From an uncultured Thermoanaerobaculia bacterium (GTDB lineage: Bacteria; Acidobacteriota; Thermoanaerobaculia; Multivoradales; CAZRFU01), in contig CAZRFU010000048.1 in NCBI GenBank assembly GCA_964599475.1, forward strand, positions 1 through 42,041: a stretch of DNA of 42,041 nt, in the 5' to 3' direction. This document shows, piece by piece, positions 37,454-42,041 of this stretch. The notes beneath the pieces were generated by a model that was not told where the DNA came from, did no database searches, and was given only the letters and a program-made list of their open reading frames with translations. Within the stretch, counting starts at the first letter, position 1. Each line of letters begins with the position of its first letter. A program made the translations under genes and the position numbers.

Positions 37454-39700
37454 TCAGGTGTGAGGATCGCGCATGGACCGGGCGGGCGCGGCGTCGAGCA
37501 ACTCGACCGGGGCGCCCGACCACGCCACGATGCGGCCGATCCGCTCGGCACCCCCGGGAAGTTGCTGCAGCTGCTCGAGGAGCCGAGGAGCACTCGCGGG
37601 CGGTACGACGATCAGCAGGCCGCCCGCAGTCTGCGGATCGGCGGCGAGTGCCGCGCGCGCAAGCTCGTCTGTCGGCGGCGCCAACGCGGCGCCTTCGAGC
37701 ACGGCCCTGTTCTGGGCGTGGAAGCTGCTGCGTTCGCCGGTCTCGAGCAGCTCCAACGCCCCGGGCAGGGCCGGAAGGGTGGCGAGCTCGATCTCGGCGG
37801 TAACCCGCGGCTCCCGAGGCAACACGGTGACGAGGTGCCCCACCAGCCCGAACCCGGTCACGTCCGTGCACACCCGGAGCTCGGACTTGCTGAGAACGGC
37901 GGCGGCGGACGCGTTGCCGGTTTCGAGGTGCCGGTACAGAGCTTCGACCCAGCGTCCCTCCGCTCGCCCTGCCATGTCGGCGTGGAGCAACACCCCCGAG
38001 CCCAGCGCGCGAGTGAGCAGGATGACGTCCCCGATCTGGACCGCGCCGCGCAGCAGGCGGCCGGGTAGCTCCGGCTGACCATCGATCGAAAATCCAACCA
38101 GAAGCTCGGCTGCTCGGGCGGTGTGACCGCCGAGCAGCGGGACGCCGCGGCCTTCGAGCACACTGCGGGCGCCGAGGAGGATCTGCCGCAGCATCCACAC
38201 CGCCTCGGCCTCGGGCAGGTCCAGCGGTAGTGCAACGATCGCCTGGGCGGCCCGTGGAGTCACTGCCTTGGCATCGAGATCCGACAGGGTGTTGATGGCG
38301 GCCACTCGACCGAAGAGGTACGGATCGTTGGTGAAGGCACGCAGGAGCTCGAGGTTCGAGACCACCACCTCCGAGCCCAGGGTCCGCCACGCGACGACAT
38401 CGTCGGCGGCCTCGATCCCGAGGACGACCTGATCGGGCCGCGGACTCCCCGCGAGGTCTCCCAACGCCTGCTGCAGTGCCGACGGCCCGAGCTTGGCGGC
38501 ACACCCGCCGCACACCATTACCGCCGCCGGGTCCGTGGTCGACATCGGAGCGAGTCTGAAGCGTTCGACGAAACGCCGGTCGATGTGGTCCTTCCAGTGC
38601 ATCACCCAGCGGCCTGCGACGATCACGCCGTTGCGCTCGCCGAGAGCCTCGCCGTCGCCGAGATTGAGGAGCGCGAGGAAGTGCCGTTGCGGTCGCCATC
38701 GCCGGAGAGGGCGCCCTGCGAGCCGGGCCTCGAGGTTTTCGAGCAGCAGCGGCCCCGCGCGCACAGCGTACACGCCGGCCCGCAGAACCCACGGAAAGGT
38801 GGGGAAGGCGGCGCAGTCACCGACCGCAAAAAGCCCGGGGACGCCCTTGACTTCGAGGGTTTCCTCGACTTCGAGGAAACCTGCGGAGTCGAGGGCCAGT
38901 CCAGCGGTCTCGAAGTCCCGGTGCGCCGCGGCACCGGCAGCCCAGACTACGAGGTCGGCCGGCCGAAATCCACCACCCGCGAGGGCCACGCCCGCGGGTT
39001 CCACAGCGTTCACCGTCACACCACACTCCACTGCGATCCCACGATCCTCGAGCTCCAGCCGTGCCCGCTCGGCCAGCTTCGTCGAGCGCTCCGACAGGAG
39101 CCTCGGGCCCGCCGCCAGCAGCTGCACCCGCGACTCATGTCCGCGGTGGCGGGCGCGAGCCCCAAAGGTGGCGGCGAGCTCGACTCCCGCCGCGCCGCCA
39201 CCAACCACCACCAGATCGACGCCGTTGCGGCGCTCGCGGCAGAGCTCGTCGAACCGCTCGATGGCGCTCAGCAGGCGCCCGAGAGGCCGGGTCAGCACCG
39301 CACGCTCGACCACTCCGGCCGCGCCCCCGTCGGCCCCGGTCGAGCCGATGTCGAGGGAGGCCACGTCGAACTCGAGAGGAGGTCGATCGGCGATCAGGAT
39401 CGTCCGGGCCTCCGGGTCGACGCCCTTGGCGCGGGCCAGGATGATCCGGACGCCCGCGCGCCGGGCCAGCTTCACGGCATCGATCTCGAGGTCTTGCTGT
39501 GTGTAGCGTCCCTCGATCAGGCCGGGGACCATTCCCGAGTAGAGCGCCACCGCCGCGTCGACGACCAGCGTGACATCGAGGTCGGGGCGAGGACGCATGG
39601 CCCAGGCCCGCAGCACCTGCACGTGGGCGTGGCCGGCCCCGACCAGCACCACTCGGGGCCGGGCGCCTCTTGCTCCGATCGAAGTCATTGCTCGAGCCAC
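37454..39700 (-). CDS. selD: Bifunctional fusion: N-terminal FAD/NAD(P)-dependent pyridine nucleotide-disulfide oxidoreductase (NDH-2-like) and C-terminal selenide, water dikinase SelD (Cys-type)
   Basis: N-terminal VVLVGAGHAHV and VVVGGGAAGVELA Rossmann motifs. The C-terminal half aligns with E. coli SelD: VCGGCAAK~GCGCK, DPYLFGRVAAINTLSDL~NPFDFGRIAATNAISDI, VTDVTGFGLVGHL, DPQTAGGLLIVV. Cys, not Sec, at the active-site position. Confidence 0.8.
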   Translation of the reverse strand: MARAMTSIGARGARPRVVLVGAGHAHVQVLRAWAMRPRPDLDVTLVVDAAVALYSGMVPGLIEGRYTQQDLEIDAVKLARRAGVRIILARAKGVDPEARTILIADRPPLEFDVASLDIGSTGADGGAAGVVERAVLTRPLGRLLSAIERFDELCRERRNGVDLVVVGGGAAGVELAATFGARARHRGHESRVQLLAAGPRLLSERSTKLAERARLELEDRGIAVECGVTVNAVEPAGVALAGGGFRPADLVVWAAGAAAHRDFETAGLALDSAGFLEVEETLEVKGVPGLFAVGDCAAFPTFPWVLRAGVYAVRAGPLLLENLEARLAGRPLRRWRPQRHFLALLNLGDGEALGERNGVIVAGRWVMHWKDHIDRRFVERFRLAPMSTTDPAAVMVCGGCAAKLGPSALQQALGDLAGSPRPDQVVLGIEAADDVVAWRTLGSEVVVSNLELLRAFTNDPYLFGRVAAINTLSDLDAKAVTPRAAQAIVALPLDLPEAEAVWMLRQILLGARSVLEGRGVPLLGGHTARAAELLVGFSIDGQPELPGRLLRGAVQIGDVILLTRALGSGVLLHADMAGRAEGRWVEALYRHLETGNASAAAVLSKSELRVCTDVTGFGLVGHLVTVLPREPRVTAEIELATLPALPGALELLETGERSSFHAQNRAVLEGAALAPPTDELARAALAADPQTAGGLLIVVPPASAPRLLEQLQQLPGGAERIGRIVAWSGAPVELLDAAPARSMRDPHT

Positions 39701-39836
39701 GTCACGCTCCGCTGGGAAGACCCGCGCCCACCCGGGGCGCCGAGGCCGGCCTCAACAGACGAGAGCCTATCAGCGCCGCTCCTCGCCCAGCACCAGGCCC
39801 GATCCGACACAGTATGCTCTGCGGGGAGGCTCGATC

Positions 39837-40292
39837 GTGCTCAGCGGACGAGAAAAGCAAGACTTCGTGGCATGGCTGCGCGCCCGCGGACAACGCGTGA
39901 CACGCGAGCGGCTGGCCCTGCTCGACGAGATCTTCACCCGCCACGAGCACCTCGACGCGGACTCGGTCTTGGCGGCGCTGCGCGCCAGAGGCGCGAAGAC
40001 GTCTCGAGCGACGGTCTACCGCAACCTCAATCTGCTGGTCGAGGCCGGCTTCGTGCGCCGTGCGCGCCTGGCTGCGGATCGCTGGGTCTACGAGCACGTC
40101 CACCGCGGCCAGGCTCACGATCATCTGGTCTGCGAGGAGTGCGAACGGATCATCGAGTTCGTCAGCCCCGGGGTCCGTGCGATGCTCAGTGAGATCGCCC
40201 GGGCTCACGGTTTCAGCGCCACGCGCCACGCGCTGCAGCTGTACGGAAGCTGCCTCGACGCCACGTGCCCACATCGCCCGGCTGCTGCGTGA
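39837..40292 (+). CDS. Fur-family metalloregulator (Fur/Zur/PerR type unresolved)
   Basis: GTG start with a GGGAGG RBS. Winged-helix N-terminus plus HDHLVCEECERIIEF and a C-terminal CxxxxC. Divergent from the SelD-fusion gene, 136-bp gap. Confidence 0.75.
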   Translation: MLSGREKQDFVAWLRARGQRVTRERLALLDEIFTRHEHLDADSVLAALRARGAKTSRATVYRNLNLLVEAGFVRRARLAADRWVYEHVHRGQAHDHLVCEECERIIEFVSPGVRAMLSEIARAHGFSATRHALQLYGSCLDATCPHRPAAA

Positions 40293-41503
40293 CGAAGCCC
40301 GACATCATCATCGTAGGAGCAGGTATCGTCGGGCTCGCGACCGCCGATCGGCTGGGTCGCGACGGTTCGCGGGTCACCGTGCTCGAGGCTGCTGGCCGCC
40401 TTGGTGCCCACCAGACCGGACGCAACAGTGGCGTCATCCATTCCGGCCTGTACTACACACCCGGATCCCTCAAGGCCGAGCTCTGCGTCCGCGGCCGGGG
40501 CCTACTGGAGGCGTTTTGCAGCGCCGAGGGCGTGGCCTGGGAACGCACCGGGAAGCTCGTCGTAGCGGTCGATGACGGCGAGAGGGCCCGACTCGACGAG
40601 CTCGAGCGCCGCGGGCGCGCCAACGGCTTGGCGGGCCTCGAGCGCGTCGATGGCCCCGGCATCAGAGACATCGAGCCCGAGTGTCACGCTCTCGAGGGTT
40701 TGTGGGTCCCGGAAACCGGCATCACCAGCTACATCGAGGTTTCGGCGGCTCTGGTGCGGCGAATCGAGGCTCAGGGAGGACGAGTGGTCTTTGGCGCGGC
40801 GGTGGAGACGATCGTCTCGGAACCGCGGACGGTGACGGTCACCGATCGCGGGGGCACGACCTTCACGGGGCGCGTCGTGGTGGGATGCGCCGGGGCTCAG
40901 AGTGACCGGCTCGCGCGCGCCGCAGGTCTCGCTCCTGGGCTCCAGATCGTGCCCTTCCGCGGCGAGTACTGCGAGCTTCTGCCTGCGTTCCGGCATCTCG
41001 TCCGCGGTCTGATCTACCCGGTCCCCGACCCCAGCTTCCCCTTTCTCGGGGTCCATACCACCCGGATGCTCGATGGCCGCATCGAGGCCGGCCCGAACGC
41101 GGTGTTGGCCTTCCGGCGCGACGGCTACCGCTTCCGGGACCTGGGTGTCAGAGACCTGGTCGAAACGGTCATCCACGGCGGGTTCCGGCGGCTTGCGCGG
41201 CGCCACTGGCGTACCGGTCTCGGGGAGATGTACCGCTCCGTGTCGCTCGCAGCGTTCGCGCGGGCCCTTGCGCGCCTCGTGCCTGCGGTCCGGCCCCACA
41301 TGCTGCGACGCACCAGAGCGGGCATCCGCGCGCAGGCCATCGACGAGAATGGTGCTCTGGTCGACGACTTCCGAGTCCTCCGCGAGTCGGGGATGGTCCA
41401 CGTGCTCAACGCGCCGTCGCCCGCGGCCACCGCCTCGCTCGCGATCGGTGAGCGCATCGCGGCCTGGGCGCTCGAGGCTCTCGAGGATCGCGGCGGGGCA
41501 TGA
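40289..41503 (+). CDS. FAD-dependent oxidoreductase, L-2-hydroxyglutarate oxidase/dehydrogenase (LhgO)-like
   Basis: GTG overlapping the Fur stop. DIIIVGAGIVGLATA dinucleotide-binding motif. Overall LhgO/DAO-family features. Confidence 0.7.
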   Translation: MTKPDIIIVGAGIVGLATADRLGRDGSRVTVLEAAGRLGAHQTGRNSGVIHSGLYYTPGSLKAELCVRGRGLLEAFCSAEGVAWERTGKLVVAVDDGERARLDELERRGRANGLAGLERVDGPGIRDIEPECHALEGLWVPETGITSYIEVSAALVRRIEAQGGRVVFGAAVETIVSEPRTVTVTDRGGTTFTGRVVVGCAGAQSDRLARAAGLAPGLQIVPFRGEYCELLPAFRHLVRGLIYPVPDPSFPFLGVHTTRMLDGRIEAGPNAVLAFRRDGYRFRDLGVRDLVETVIHGGFRRLARRHWRTGLGEMYRSVSLAAFARALARLVPAVRPHMLRRTRAGIRAQAIDENGALVDDFRVLRESGMVHVLNAPSPAATASLAIGERIAAWALEALEDRGGA

Positions 41504-42041
41504 GCGCGGTCGCCGTCGATCTCGCCTTGTTCCTGGCCGGCTCGGCCGCGATCGTCGCCATGGCGCGTTGGTGGCGCCCCGGCCTCGATCGGCCGACCGT
41601 CCTGTGTATGGTCGCCCTTGCCCTTCTGCTGCTCGCTCCCGGGCTGGCGACCACGGGGCACCTGACCGCCACCGATTTGGTGGCGCGCTGGCGCCCTTGG
41701 TCCCAGACCATGCCGCAGCGTCCGCCGGCCAACGACTTGCTTTCGGACCCGGTGCTGCAGATGTTGCCGTTTCGCACCCTGGTGCGCGAGCGGCTGCTCG
41801 ACCTCGATCTGCCGCTTTGGGCTCCGGAGCTCGGGACCGGCCAGCCCCTGCTCGCGAACGCCCAGTCGGCGCCGTTTGCGCCCCTCCACCTTGCCGCCCT
41901 GGCCTTGCCGCCGCTGCGTGCCATGGATGTGGCGGCGGGCTGGCAGACTCTGATCGGGCTGCTGCTGATGGCCCTGCTCACGCGCCACCTGGGGGCGGGC
42001 AGGACCGGGAGTATTCTCGCTGCGGTCGCCTGGGCATGGTC
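41500..42041 (+). CDS. Partial (3'-truncated by window end) polytopic membrane protein
   Basis: ATG overlapping the lhgO-like stop (ATGA). Several hydrophobic helices. Open to the end of the window. Confidence 0.45.
   Translation, partial: MSAVAVDLALFLAGSAAIVAMARWWRPGLDRPTVLCMVALALLLLAPGLATTGHLTATDLVARWRPWSQTMPQRPPANDLLSDPVLQMLPFRTLVRERLLDLDLPLWAPELGTGQPLLANAQSAPFAPLHLAALALPPLRAMDVAAGWQTLIGLLLMALLTRHLGAGRTGSILAAVAWAW

Noticed and set aside
1-42041. CRISPR arrays, IS or transposase genes, integrases, prophage genes
   Set aside because: No regular repeat-spacer arrays, and no transposase, integrase or phage-like ORFs in any frame. The intergenic repeats are short palindromic or heptamer elements, not CRISPR.

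Overview
High-GC (~70%) bacterial chromosomal window; gene content (Ser/Thr kinases, TPR, FG-GAP/VCBS, collagen-like, TonB) suggests Myxococcota/Acidobacteria-like origin, but this is inferred and not searched. Reliable calls: a contiguous translationally coupled purS-purQ-purL-purF-purM-purN operon, cysK, tspO, rhodanese, OsmC, SDR, SPFH, DinB-like, cupin, an L-2-hydroxyglutarate oxidase-like flavoenzyme, a Fur-family regulator and a fused E1 alpha/beta dehydrogenase, plus clear intrinsic terminators. Not explained by ordinary annotation: (1) three unrelated secreted proteins (a di-heme cytochrome c peroxidase, an FG-GAP beta-propeller protein and a small protein upstream of a collagen-like protein) end in the same ~18-aa tail xxDG(F/L)E(S/A)GD(T/S)(T/S)AWS(A/S)T(V/A)P-COOH, conserved at protein level but synonymously diverged at DNA level. 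This is a candidate undescribed C-terminal sorting/processing tag. (2) A bona fide Ser/Thr kinase is divergently paired with a catalytically dead kinase-like domain fused through a TM helix to a TonB C-terminal domain. (3) A dispersed intergenic repeat family built from a GGTGCACC-centred palindromic box plus G-quadruplex-prone GGGACC-type heptamer arrays, mostly just after stop codons. (4) A tRNA-like element with intact D, anticodon and T arms but an unpairable acceptor stem, abutting a second T-arm-like hairpin, next to an AT-rich patch and a small promoter-RBS-ORF-terminator unit. (5) A FAD-oxidoreductase::SelD fusion divergent from a Fur-family gene. Many long reverse-strand ORFs are GC-driven artefacts.
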